62,509 bases of DNA from a virus (lineage: Duplodnaviria > Caudoviricetes): IMG/VR virus record IMGVR_UViG_3300037452_000138, positions 1-62,509 of that record. One strand, written 5' to 3'. Of the stretch, positions 42,891 to 51,915 are shown piece by piece; within the stretch, counting starts at the first letter, position 1; each line of letters starts with the position of its first letter. The position numbers were made by a program, and so were the translations under genes. Under the pieces are notes generated by a model. The model saw only the letters and a program-made list of their open reading frames with translations, had not been told where the DNA came from and made no database searches.

Positions 42891-43360
42891 CCCCTCGCCC
42901 CAACATCAGCTTCGAGAAAATAGCCGCCCAGATCGAGCGCGACGTAGCCCAGGTCGCCCGCAACCAGGCCGCCATCGACAAGATGAAATCGCTCACGCTA
43001 AAAGGAAAACTCATGGCCTTCGCCCGCCGCCTCCCGCTCGACGCCATCATTTTTGCCGCCGCCGTCCTGCTGATCCTTGTGTTGGTGACGCGCCATGCGC
43101 GTGCCGACGACCTTCCCCACGCCCAATGCCCGACCGCCGGCGAGACCTGCAAGATACTGGTCCTGACCGCGCAGGAGGAACGGATGCTGATGGGGCCGAA
43201 CGGGATACTGGACACCGCGGCGCAGGCGCGAGCCCTCGACCTCGGCCAGTTCGTGGTGTACCTCAAGACCCGGATCGCGGGGGCGCCGTCCGGCACCGTG
43301 CAGCCGCTGCCCGAGACGAAGCCGGAAAACACGGCACCGGTTGACAACACCAAAAAGTAG
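42887..43360 (+). CDS. Membrane-anchored/secreted hypothetical protein
   Basis: Internal TM segment ending ARA-DD, then a Cys pair. Confidence 0.6.
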   Translation: MTPRPNISFEKIAAQIERDVAQVARNQAAIDKMKSLTLKGKLMAFARRLPLDAIIFAAAVLLILVLVTRHARADDLPHAQCPTAGETCKILVLTAQEERMLMGPNGILDTAAQARALDLGQFVVYLKTRIAGAPSGTVQPLPETKPENTAPVDNTKK

Positions 43361-43374
43361 TGCATACTGACTAC
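43341..43374 (+). promoter_or_regulatory. Promoter with GTAGT-N8-ACTAC inverted repeat
   Basis: TTGACA-N16-CATACT; inverted repeat at 43357-43374. Confidence 0.6.
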
Positions 43375-43485
43375 ATCCCGCGAACCTCCCTGGTTATTTG
43401 TCATCGCGGGTCCGCACCGCCATCCGGCCTTGCGGCACCTGCCGGGACGCCGCCCCCAGCCCCCATCCTCGGCGTCCCGGCTTTT
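43375..43485 (+). ncRNA. Candidate three-hairpin small RNA / structured leader
   Basis: Three stems with C-rich loops; the last is 12 bp followed by TTTT; promoter immediately upstream. Confidence 0.5.
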
Positions 43486-43499
43486 CATCCGAGGTTTAC

Positions 43500-43688
43500 T
43501 TGGTTCTTCTTCGTTCTACCTTCAAGCGCCGGCCCCGCAAAAGGGTTGTGAGTCGGTCGTTTAGAATTGCGCCAGACATCGATAAAATGCTTGATGCGGA
43601 GGCAAAAAAACGGGACTGGTCAAAATCTTTTTTAATCCGTGATATCCTAGTGTCGTGGTGCCGCTTTCAGCGAGCGAGTGAAAAATGA
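43500..43688 (+). CDS. Ribbon-helix-helix DNA-binding protein
   Basis: SRSFRIAPDIDKMLDAEAKKRDWSKSFLIRDIL; GAGG before TTG 43500. Confidence 0.7.
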   Translation: MVLLRSTFKRRPRKRVVSRSFRIAPDIDKMLDAEAKKRDWSKSFLIRDILVSWCRFQRASEK

Positions 43689-44380
43689 TTGCTATGGTAG
43701 CGCCTAGATCACGCGGAGTTTCCCCCGAAGATAGATTTTTTGATTTTTTTATTCCCGAACCCAATAGCGGTTGTTGGTTATGGATGGGGCAAATTTCCAA
43801 TAGTGGTTACGGCAGGTTCAGCGTCGGTAACCGCATTCAGGTGCAGGCGCACCGTTTTTCTTGGGAACTGCATAACGGAAAAATTCCGGAGGGATTGTTT
43901 GCCTGTCACAAGTGCGATGTTCGATGCTGTGTGAATCCAGAACACCTGTTTATCGGAACACAATCTGACAATCTCAACGACATGGTTCAAAAAGGGCGTG
44001 ACAACCCGGCGCGCGGAGAACGCAGTGCTCGGGCACGTTTGACCGAAGCTCAGGCACAAGCAATCCGCCTTGATCCCAGGAGACTTCGGATAATCGCCGA
44101 AGAGTACGGGATTCATAAAAGCTGGATATGGGCTATCAAGCACGGCGAAGGCTGGAAGCATTCACATGCAGATAATCCCGAAGAGGCAGAACGTTCGGAT
44201 CGACATCGTGCGTTTAAGGGATTACGAGGTGAAGCCCATCTAAGCGCAAAACTAACGGCTGAACAAGTGCTGAGCATTCGCAATGATCAGCGCGGATGCA
44301 ATAAATTAGCTGCTGAATATGGCGTGAGTCGTAGCTCGATTAAGCGCATAAGAAACGGAAAATGTTGGGGGTACATCTGA
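43685..44380 (+). CDS. HNH homing endonuclease with two C-terminal HTH modules
   Basis: SGCWLW, AHRFSW, CHKCDVRCCVNPEHLFIGTQSDN; ARLTE..IR and AKLT..IR. Confidence 0.88.
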   Translation: MIAMVAPRSRGVSPEDRFFDFFIPEPNSGCWLWMGQISNSGYGRFSVGNRIQVQAHRFSWELHNGKIPEGLFACHKCDVRCCVNPEHLFIGTQSDNLNDMVQKGRDNPARGERSARARLTEAQAQAIRLDPRRLRIIAEEYGIHKSWIWAIKHGEGWKHSHADNPEEAERSDRHRAFKGLRGEAHLSAKLTAEQVLSIRNDQRGCNKLAAEYGVSRSSIKRIRNGKCWGYI

Positions 44381-45381
44381 TGCGTTTGGCCCTGTGTACG
44401 ACTACGATACACATTCCCCATGCCCTCAAGTTGTTGAGGAAGTGCGGACCGGATGTGCGGTTTTTCGTTGCGGGGGACAAGAAAACTCCGAAAGCTGCCC
44501 TAGATTTTGTCGTCAATATCGACAACGCGCAGCATTACTACCACGGCGGCGGCAACTGGAAGTGTTCCGAGGCCATTGGTTTCGACACTTTGGCCCGCCG
44601 CAACATCGCTTTCCTCGAGGCCCTGAAGTGGGGTGCCGACGTCATCTATTCGTGGGACGACGACAACCTGCCGGTTAACCGAACGCATTTCGATCACATC
44701 GAGTTTCGTTTCGACAGCCTGTTTTCCGGTCTCAAAATCGCCGGTGACGACAACTGGTTCGACCCCGGCTTCCTGCTGGTGCCGCGGACAAAGCACCGCG
44801 GCTTTCCGCACGACAAGTCGCGCATGGTGACCATGGAGCATGTTGTGGACGCCAGGATCGGTGTTGCTGCCGGCCTCGTCATCGGAGATCCCGATATCTC
44901 GGCTGCTACGCGAATGGAGTTGGCCCCGGATATTCAATCCGTCAGCGTTGTTGGACACTCAGGAGTCGTGGTTGACCGCAACACGCGGACTGTCTTTAAC
45001 TCGCAAAATACCTCTGTAATCCGCGAACTGATGCCTTCATGGTTCATGGCACCCGGGTGTCAGCGATTTGATGACATTTACGCGAGTTTGATAGTGCAGC
45101 GAGTTATGCGTGAGCGCGACATGCACGTGCATTTCGGCCCACCGTTCTGCTATCAAGAACGAAACAAACACGATTTGTTGGTTGATCTCCGTGCCGAGAT
45201 TGACGGGATGTCCCATATCCTGAAGATGGCTGAATTGCTGGATAACATCGTTCTCGTCGGCAATAGCGTGATTGACGATACGCGCTTAATTTATCGCGCG
45301 CTCGCCAAGGCAGAGTGGTATCCGAAACAAGGGGCGGCGGCAGCGATAGCATGGTTGGAAGATTGCGAGAACATATTTTGA
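44380..45381 (+). CDS. STELLO/RGP-like (GT75-related) GT-A fold protein
   Basis: VAGDKKTP, RRNIAFL, DDDN, RGFP, GDPDI, FNSQNT, RFDDI, QERNKHD. Confidence 0.75.
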   Translation: MRLALCTTTIHIPHALKLLRKCGPDVRFFVAGDKKTPKAALDFVVNIDNAQHYYHGGGNWKCSEAIGFDTLARRNIAFLEALKWGADVIYSWDDDNLPVNRTHFDHIEFRFDSLFSGLKIAGDDNWFDPGFLLVPRTKHRGFPHDKSRMVTMEHVVDARIGVAAGLVIGDPDISAATRMELAPDIQSVSVVGHSGVVVDRNTRTVFNSQNTSVIRELMPSWFMAPGCQRFDDIYASLIVQRVMRERDMHVHFGPPFCYQERNKHDLLVDLRAEIDGMSHILKMAELLDNIVLVGNSVIDDTRLIYRALAKAEWYPKQGAAAAIAWLEDCENIF

Positions 45382-45896
45382 GAACTTTACCCACACAAAA
45401 CTATCTACGTGAATGCTTTTCCTATTCGCGGGACACAGGAAAGTTGTTTTGGTGCATTCGACCGCCATGCCATTTTAAGAACGCGAGGGCTATGAAATCT
45501 TGGAATTCGCGATATGCCCAAAAAGAAGCGTTTACGGCAATCAGTGCGGAAGGGTATTTTCACGGGCGCTTAGATGATAGGGGATATCTCGCGCATCGGT
45601 TGATTTGGAAGTGGGTAAAAGGTGCCGAACCGCCGCCTTTGATAGACCACGAGGATACAGTACGCAGTAACAATAGATGGAAAAACTTGCGTGCGGCCAC
45701 TAAGGGACAAAACAATGTAAATTCAAAGCGCGGCGCTGGCGTGCATTTTGATAAATCACGAAAAAAGTGGGCGGCGTACACAAAACTGAACGGTAAAAAG
45801 ATTCACTTGGGCAGGCATAGTACCGAAGAACAAGCTAGGGCGGCCAGAAACGCAGGCGCTGTAAAGTACCACGGAGAATTTGCTCGATGCGTTTAG
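45378..45896 (+). CDS. HNH homing endonuclease with AP2-like domain
   Basis: YLAHRLIW, IDHED..RSNNRWKNLR, GVHFDKSRKKW. Confidence 0.85.
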   Translation: MRTLPTQNYLRECFSYSRDTGKLFWCIRPPCHFKNARAMKSWNSRYAQKEAFTAISAEGYFHGRLDDRGYLAHRLIWKWVKGAEPPPLIDHEDTVRSNNRWKNLRAATKGQNNVNSKRGAGVHFDKSRKKWAAYTKLNGKKIHLGRHSTEEQARAARNAGAVKYHGEFARCV

Positions 45897-47134
45897 CGAT
45901 TGCCTATTCGACCAGGGATCAGGTCGATCTGACCGAGCAGACCTTGCCCATGCTGGCCAAGGGCAGTTTTGCCTTGTTCTGGGCCGATGGGTCCGTGACC
46001 GAAGCCGGCCGGCGGCTGTTTGAGGACCATCCGGCGGGCGCCAGGAATTACGGCTGCGCACGGGTTATCGGCGGCGCCGACGCGGCGATCGCATGGAAGC
46101 TATCGAGGATGTTGAACGACCCTGCGGACTACACACACGTTGGCCTCGCGGAATCCGACGTCCTGCTCGATCCCGACTGGTTCGAGCCTACCATGGAGTT
46201 GTTCAAAAAGGGAGTTTCAGATGGTCTTTCCGTCGGAGCTGTCTCTCCTCGCAGCTACGTCGATCGCGTCCTTATCCAACGCGATCAATATGCCATTATG
46301 CACAACCTTGGTGCCGGCATCGTCATCTTCACCCGAGAAGCCGCCGAGATCGTGCTGCGATCCTTCCGGACCCAGTGGTGGCCCGACAACTGCAAACTGT
46401 TCGCCCAGCTATCCGGCATCGACCTGCGCACCTATGCCGCCTTCCGCGGCCAGGAGCACTTCGTCACCACCGACTGGGGCTGGGAAGCCCAGCTTGCCCG
46501 CCACGGCCTTGCCAGCCTCGCGCTGACGCCCGCGAAGTGCCAGATGATCGGCCAGGATCCTCCGCTTGAACAGCAGGGCCTGATTCTTACGACACACAGT
46601 GAACGCGATCAGCGTTCCGCTATGTTCGATCTCTATCGAGACAACCTGCAAATGCTCCACGAGGGCATTTACAAATTCGAACGGCCCGATATCATCCACC
46701 GCGACGGCGCGGGTCAGTTGTTTTTTCCGCATCAGGTCAAGGCAATCCTGGGGGCTTCATGGCAAGGCAATTTGGAATTGGTATGGAAGCAAGGATGGGG
46801 ACCGTTCCTGTACCGCGCTGGTCCGGGCGGCGCGTCTCTCTCGGTGCATATTTCTGGTACTTCGTCCTTCCTCGTCACTGGCGGCAGCGCCGGCGCACGG
46901 GTGGCCATCACGGACACCCGCTCTGGATTTAACTTCGCGCCGGATCTCCCAGGCGGCCAACAGGAGTTCGTCCGGATCGACGTGCCGGGCGGTCCGATCC
47001 CGAGGGCGGTGACGTGCGAGATGGCCGAGGGTGCCGTGTTCCACGGACTGGCGACCACCGACCCGCAGATGCTGGATGACACGTTCAGGTTTGACTGGTG
47101 GCAGCTTCCAGAAGTTGCGAATGGAGAGCGTTGA
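45887..47134 (+). CDS. Putative GT-A glycosyltransferase with C-terminal beta domain
   Basis: IAYSTRD, ADGS, ESDVLLDPDW, VGAVS, TDW; GT2-like layout. Confidence 0.6.
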   Translation: MRLAIAYSTRDQVDLTEQTLPMLAKGSFALFWADGSVTEAGRRLFEDHPAGARNYGCARVIGGADAAIAWKLSRMLNDPADYTHVGLAESDVLLDPDWFEPTMELFKKGVSDGLSVGAVSPRSYVDRVLIQRDQYAIMHNLGAGIVIFTREAAEIVLRSFRTQWWPDNCKLFAQLSGIDLRTYAAFRGQEHFVTTDWGWEAQLARHGLASLALTPAKCQMIGQDPPLEQQGLILTTHSERDQRSAMFDLYRDNLQMLHEGIYKFERPDIIHRDGAGQLFFPHQVKAILGASWQGNLELVWKQGWGPFLYRAGPGGASLSVHISGTSSFLVTGGSAGARVAITDTRSGFNFAPDLPGGQQEFVRIDVPGGPIPRAVTCEMAEGAVFHGLATTDPQMLDDTFRFDWWQLPEVANGER

Positions 47135-47244
47135 TGCCGTGGTCAGAAGCCCTCCTTTGGACGATCTTCGGCATCTGTCTTGCCGTCGGATGCCGACCAT
47201 TTATCGAGTGGATGACCTACATCAACAACAGGGACTGATCTGCC

Positions 47245-47457
47245 ATGCCTCTAGTTGACAACATTATCAACCCAAACATGAGCGACATCGACGCGATGGA
47301 GCTTGCATATGGCCTTTTATGGATGGTCGGCTGCGATCGAGGCACCAAGAACGGCGAAGCGCTTTACCTCGCTCGTAAGGCGCTTTACGAGCGGATGACC
47401 AAGGCTGGACAGGCGCGCGGCATCACGGCGGCGCGCGCCGCGCTACAGCCGTCATGA
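47245..47457 (+). CDS. Hypothetical protein
   Basis: Co-oriented ORF with plausible codon usage. Confidence 0.5.
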   Translation: MPLVDNIINPNMSDIDAMELAYGLLWMVGCDRGTKNGEALYLARKALYERMTKAGQARGITAARAALQPS

Positions 47458-47596
47458 GCAGTTACTTCTGACGAGAAAGTTGCAAAATGACCGAAGCACA
47501 GGCGCTGGCGAGATTGTACAGGTACTGGTCGACGTGGTTTGCCCTCGCCGGTGCTTTGCTTTTTCTGTCTTCGATCGCGGCAAGGAAAACTAAAAA

Positions 47597-48589
47597 ATGA
47601 AAAAAGTTCTTGTGCTCGGTGCCGCCGGCTTCCTCGGGGGCCACTTAGAGCATCGGCTGAAAGCCGAAGGCCATTACGTCGTCAGCGTAGCGCGAAAACA
47701 TCCTCCTTATCGAAAGTCGGTGGCCGATGAGTACAACATCCTTGATCTTACGAACGTCGCTGATTTCCACACTCATTTTCACCGTCACCATTTTGACGAG
47801 TGCTACCAGCTCGCCGGCGATGTGGGCGGGCTGGGTTATATCGGCGTTGGCAGTCATGACGCTGACATTCTTACGAACTCCCTGAAGATCAATCTGCACA
47901 CACTGGAAGCGATCCGGAAAACCGGCAACTGCAACAAGATTTTCTTCGCGTCCAGCCAGTGTGTTTACCCTGATAGATTCGAGGTCGATCCGTTCGCTGC
48001 GGAGCGGATTGTCGATACCGCGGCGCACCGCGAGATCGACGCCCACTTCGACACCTTCGCATTCGGCCAGGAGAAACTGTATGCCGAGAAACTGTACGAC
48101 GCCTACGCCCGCAATTACGGACTCAATATCCGGGTGGGACGAATCGGAAATACTTATGGCCCGTATTGTCCATGGGATGGAGATCGCGCGAAGGCGCCGG
48201 CAGCAATTTGTTGCAAGGTGGCACAGGCATCCTATGCCGGCGTCGTCGACCTCTGGGGAGACGCCCAGGCTCGGCGCTCCTACACCTATGTCGACGACGT
48301 GATCGACGGCATTTTGCGCCTGATGGCGTCCGGCTACGGCCAGCCGGTCAACATCGCGAACGCCGAGACGGTGACGGTGGAGGAACTGTTCGAGACGGTG
48401 TGCCGTGTCGCCAACAAGGTGCTGGCGTGGAAATCGGTTCCGGGACCGGCCGGGGTGCAGGCGCGGGGGTCGGACAACACCCTGTGCCGGACGGTGCTGC
48501 AGTGGGAGCCCATGACGTCGTTGTGGAACGGGCTTGCTATGACGTACCCGTGGGTGCGGGATCAGGCATTGACGAAGGTGCCGGCCTAG
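47597..48589 (+). CDS. NAD-dependent epimerase, GDP-mannose 3,5-epimerase-like
   Basis: GAAGFLG, LAGDVGGLGY, ASSQCVYP, KAPAAIC, WGD; YxxxK reads FGQEK. Confidence 0.85.
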   Translation: MKKVLVLGAAGFLGGHLEHRLKAEGHYVVSVARKHPPYRKSVADEYNILDLTNVADFHTHFHRHHFDECYQLAGDVGGLGYIGVGSHDADILTNSLKINLHTLEAIRKTGNCNKIFFASSQCVYPDRFEVDPFAAERIVDTAAHREIDAHFDTFAFGQEKLYAEKLYDAYARNYGLNIRVGRIGNTYGPYCPWDGDRAKAPAAICCKVAQASYAGVVDLWGDAQARRSYTYVDDVIDGILRLMASGYGQPVNIANAETVTVEELFETVCRVANKVLAWKSVPGPAGVQARGSDNTLCRTVLQWEPMTSLWNGLAMTYPWVRDQALTKVPA

Positions 48590-48608
48590 TGTAGTACAAG
48601 TTGACTAC
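48569..48608 (+). promoter_or_regulatory. Promoter with GTAGT-N8-ACTAC inverted repeat
   Basis: TTGACG-N17-TAGTAC; inverted repeat at 48591-48608. Confidence 0.55.
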
Positions 48609-48621
48609 ATGGGAGAGGAAT

Positions 48622-48852
48622 ATGCGCTTTATATCAAACAAGGTAAATACGGAGTGGAAACGGTTTTTTGCGTTTTTGCCGGTTGAAGCCGGTACCGTAG
48701 GCGACAAAACCATAAAGATATGGTTGGAGTACGCCGAATTTCGTTATGTGCCTCGTGATAAGGAGTGGTGCAACGCGATTTGGGAATGCCGTCCGCTGGA
48801 TGTGCCGGCTGGTTTCGTAGCGAATCGTCAGACTGAAGGGCAATGGGTATGA
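48622..48852 (+). CDS. Hypothetical protein
   Basis: GGAGAGG SD; WKRFFAFLPV...IWLE. Confidence 0.6.
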   Translation: MRFISNKVNTEWKRFFAFLPVEAGTVGDKTIKIWLEYAEFRYVPRDKEWCNAIWECRPLDVPAGFVANRQTEGQWV

Positions 48853-49541
48853 TTCTTGGATACATCAGGTGCTCGACAGCCGACCAGGCCAAAGACGACC
48901 GTTCGTCCCTGCAGGTTCAAACCGATGTGATCGAGGGCTTCGCCCGCATCCGCGGAGCCCACAGCCTCGACGTCCAGATTTACACCGACGCCGGGGTGTC
49001 CGGTGCGGTCCGGCTGGCCAAGCGAGAGGCCGGTGCGCAGTTGCTCGCCGACATGAAGCCGGGGGACATCGTCGTGGCGTCGAAGCTCGACCGCATGTTC
49101 CGCAGCGCCTCTGACGCCATCGACATGTTCGACGAGTTCAAGAAGCGCGGTGTCGACCTCGTGCTGTTCGACATCTCCCACGAGCCGGTATCCGCCGGGG
49201 TCGGCAAGCTGATCATGACGATCCTGGCGGCGGTGGCCGACATGGAGCGTATCCGGATCAAGGAGCGCACCGCCGACGGCCGCAGGGCCAAGAAGGCCAA
49301 GGGCGGGCCGGTGGGCAATGTCCCGTTCGGTTACCGGAAGGTAGGGGATGGCCGCAGCGCGGTACTGGAAATCGACGCGAAAGAGCAGGAAGCCGCCAAG
49401 TTCATGCGTGGATTTTACGCGCAAGGCGAAAGCCTGCCTGCTATTTCCAAGCGCCTGTTCAATGTCGGCTACGAATCTCGTAACGGCAAGCCCTTCACGC
49501 CGATGGCGATCCGGCGGGTGGTGATGGAGGCGAGGCAGTGA
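48849..49541 (+). CDS. Serine recombinase (resolvase domain plus short recombinase domain)
   Basis: GYIRCST, DAGVSG, KLDRMFRS, ERIRIKERT, PFGY. Confidence 0.9.
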   Translation: MILGYIRCSTADQAKDDRSSLQVQTDVIEGFARIRGAHSLDVQIYTDAGVSGAVRLAKREAGAQLLADMKPGDIVVASKLDRMFRSASDAIDMFDEFKKRGVDLVLFDISHEPVSAGVGKLIMTILAAVADMERIRIKERTADGRRAKKAKGGPVGNVPFGYRKVGDGRSAVLEIDAKEQEAAKFMRGFYAQGESLPAISKRLFNVGYESRNGKPFTPMAIRRVVMEARQ

Positions 49542-49623
49542 TATTCGAGCAGCTTACCGATCCGTGGTTTGCCCTCTTAATGATCGCTGCATTTGTGTCG
49601 GGTATATATTTCGGAATGCGTCA

Positions 49624-49839
49624 GTGACCCCCGCCGAATTCGAAGTCCAGTGCAAAACCCTGTGCCCGCACTGCGCGGCCGGCGAGGCCGTGCGGCAGCG
49701 GGAAGACACGAAAGAATTTTGCCACGACTTCTCGTTCGGCGAGACCGATGCGAAGATAGGCCGCCGCGTCGGCATGGGCCACGGTATCTGCCGGGCGCAT
49801 GCGTTCCGGCTTGAGTGGACGGGGAAGCTGGATGGGTAA
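49624..49839 (+). CDS. Small Cys/His protein
   Basis: CPHC...H...C; GTG start. Confidence 0.5.
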   Translation: MTPAEFEVQCKTLCPHCAAGEAVRQREDTKEFCHDFSFGETDAKIGRRVGMGHGICRAHAFRLEWTGKLDG

Positions 49840-51241
49840 TCGCGACCAAGCATTACAGCTTTTGATGAAAGGCGAGGAAGCGGCTAGGGATAAATCACAG
49901 CCGACGAATCAGGATCATGGCTATCAGCTTTTTAGTTCGGCTTGCTATGCCGATCCTAGCTATGGGCATGCCTTCTACGTCAACGGTTGCGCTGCTTCCG
50001 ATTTGGTTAGGCCGCACGCCGCCGTAGCTCTTTTCCGTAGAGCCATCGAAGGCGATCTTGATGCTGTCGAGCGACCCAAAGCCGAGGTTAATCTCGCGTG
50101 GGAGCTGATGAAAGTCGGCGGGCAGCAGGAAGCCCTTAGTATTTTAGAAAAAGTTACCAGTGAGCATCCTAAATTGGTGCTTGCGTGGATGCATAAATCT
50201 ATGTGTTTTCAGATATTCGGCCAGACTAAAATTGCGGTTTCTTGTGCGCGAAAGTGTTTTGAACTCGCTGATCCTAACGACGGCATGGGCTATCCGATTG
50301 CTGAATTTCAATTAGCTTTTGCCCTTTTGTTTGACGGGCAGTATGCAGCGGGCTTGAAAGCATTCGAATCTCGCTTCGCTGCGAGACTGCCAAATTTTTT
50401 ACTTTACCCATGGCCCAAGTGGCGGGGGGAGAAGGGTAAAACATTGTTTCTCGTAGCCGATCAGGGTCTCGGCGACACACTTTCGTTTTCGCGCTTCCTG
50501 GAAGCGGCTTCGAAGCGGTGCAGATTTATTCATCTTTGTGTACAGTCGGAATTGCGCAGAGTTTTCGAACACGCTTTCCGCCACCTCGACAACATTAACT
50601 TTATGCCGTCGCCTTCTAATTTTCCCGGCGATGCCGATGTATGGAGCACGTTCGTAAGTCTTCCATACGCCCTCGGGCTGACCGATGCCGAGATCATCGA
50701 TGCGCCGAACATCGACGTTCCACGGTACGTGATGCCAACGGCGTGGAAAGTGCCAAGTCGTAAATTTCACATCGGCATCGCGTGGTCCGGTTCGCCGCTG
50801 AACGATATTGACAAACATCGCAATATCCCAATCCACCACTTTATTGATTTGTACAAAGTCCCAGGCATCCAACTTTATGCTTTGCAGTGCGACGCGAGAA
50901 AATCCGATCTAAATCTGTGGGGGTTCGCTCCGCTTATCAAAGACCTGTCGGGTTACATCCGTTGTATTGCTGATACCTATTCCATCTTGCCGCACCTGGA
51001 CTTGGTGATAAGCGTAGAATCGGCTTTAGGACACATTTGTTCGATGGGCGACCATGAGTGCTGGACGCCCTATAGCTGGCTAGGTCGAGATTGGCGCGCG
51101 GGTCCGAACGGAAAAGATAGCCAGAGAGTTTGGACCCCCAAAGCAAGATTCTTCCAGCAATCCGACGACATGCGCTGGGAGCCTGTGTTCGAACGGATCG
51201 TTGAAGCGTTGAAGGAGAAGGTCGATGGCACAGTATCGTAA
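49832..51241 (+). CDS. TPR-repeat GT9-like (GT-B) glycosyltransferase
   Basis: TPR-like helices; DQGLGDTLSFSRF, IGIAWSGSP, LDLVISVESALGHI, WR. Confidence 0.82.
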   Translation: MGNRDQALQLLMKGEEAARDKSQPTNQDHGYQLFSSACYADPSYGHAFYVNGCAASDLVRPHAAVALFRRAIEGDLDAVERPKAEVNLAWELMKVGGQQEALSILEKVTSEHPKLVLAWMHKSMCFQIFGQTKIAVSCARKCFELADPNDGMGYPIAEFQLAFALLFDGQYAAGLKAFESRFAARLPNFLLYPWPKWRGEKGKTLFLVADQGLGDTLSFSRFLEAASKRCRFIHLCVQSELRRVFEHAFRHLDNINFMPSPSNFPGDADVWSTFVSLPYALGLTDAEIIDAPNIDVPRYVMPTAWKVPSRKFHIGIAWSGSPLNDIDKHRNIPIHHFIDLYKVPGIQLYALQCDARKSDLNLWGFAPLIKDLSGYIRCIADTYSILPHLDLVISVESALGHICSMGDHECWTPYSWLGRDWRAGPNGKDSQRVWTPKARFFQQSDDMRWEPVFERIVEALKEKVDGTVS

Positions 51242-51473
51242 GAAGCCGGTCGTGATCGAGGCCGTGCAGTTGCCTGTCTTAGAAGCGCCTGCTTGGCTCG
51301 CCGACGCGATGGATGCCGGTACCGTGAAGATTTACACGGACGGGATAGCGACGATTTATACGCTGGAAGGCCGGATGCGAGCCGAGCTGGGTGACTGGAT
51401 TATCCGTGGCGTCAAGGGCGAACTTTATCCGTGCAAGCCGGATATTTTCGCTGCGACTTACGAGGTTGTGTGA
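51225..51473 (+). CDS. Conserved small phage protein (YRKKPVVIEAVQ...YPCKPDIF family)
   Basis: AAGGAG SD; recognisable motif. Confidence 0.8.
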   Translation: MAQYRKKPVVIEAVQLPVLEAPAWLADAMDAGTVKIYTDGIATIYTLEGRMRAELGDWIIRGVKGELYPCKPDIFAATYEVV

Positions 51474-51691
51474 TGGCATGGAACAAACCAGTTCTCTCCG
51501 AGATGATCGCCGAAGTCGGCTGGGATGACGAGACCCAAGAATTGCTGGTGACTTTCCTGAAGAAGGGCCGCACCGCCGCCTACAAGGGTTTCGAGGAATC
51601 GGATGCCGACCGCCTGTCCCGCGCCGGTTCGGTCGGCGGGATGTTTTTGAGCGAGATCAAACCGTTTGCGACGGACTGGCGTTACATATGA
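51473..51691 (+). CDS. KTSC domain protein
   Basis: SEMIAEVGWD...LLVTF...Y...AGSVGGMF..EIK. Confidence 0.7.
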   Translation: MAWNKPVLSEMIAEVGWDDETQELLVTFLKKGRTAAYKGFEESDADRLSRAGSVGGMFLSEIKPFATDWRYI

Positions 51692-51915
51692 TAGAACTTT
51701 TTTGTTATATAGCCCGAAATTTTGTCAATCGCGGACTTAATCCTGCGCAGTATCGTATTGTGATTACACCGCTTGATACGGCTGCCGAAGCCGATTTGAT
51801 GTTAAATTGGGCGGTAGAAGCCGGCCGGTTGCGGTTGAATTCAAATAAGCCGGTTACGGAATTTCGAGAAGGGTTTATTAGTGGTATGCCTTTTAAGATC
51901 GAGTCTGCCAAATGA
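51688..51915 (+). CDS. Hypothetical protein
   Basis: ATGA overlaps at both ends; AT-rich. Confidence 0.55.
   Translation: MIELFCYIARNFVNRGLNPAQYRIVITPLDTAAEADLMLNWAVEAGRLRLNSNKPVTEFREGFISGMPFKIESAK

Noticed and set aside
43360-43551. 63-aa Pro-rich ORF
   Set aside because: Its start lies inside the predicted promoter with no SD; the sequence is better explained by RNA hairpins.
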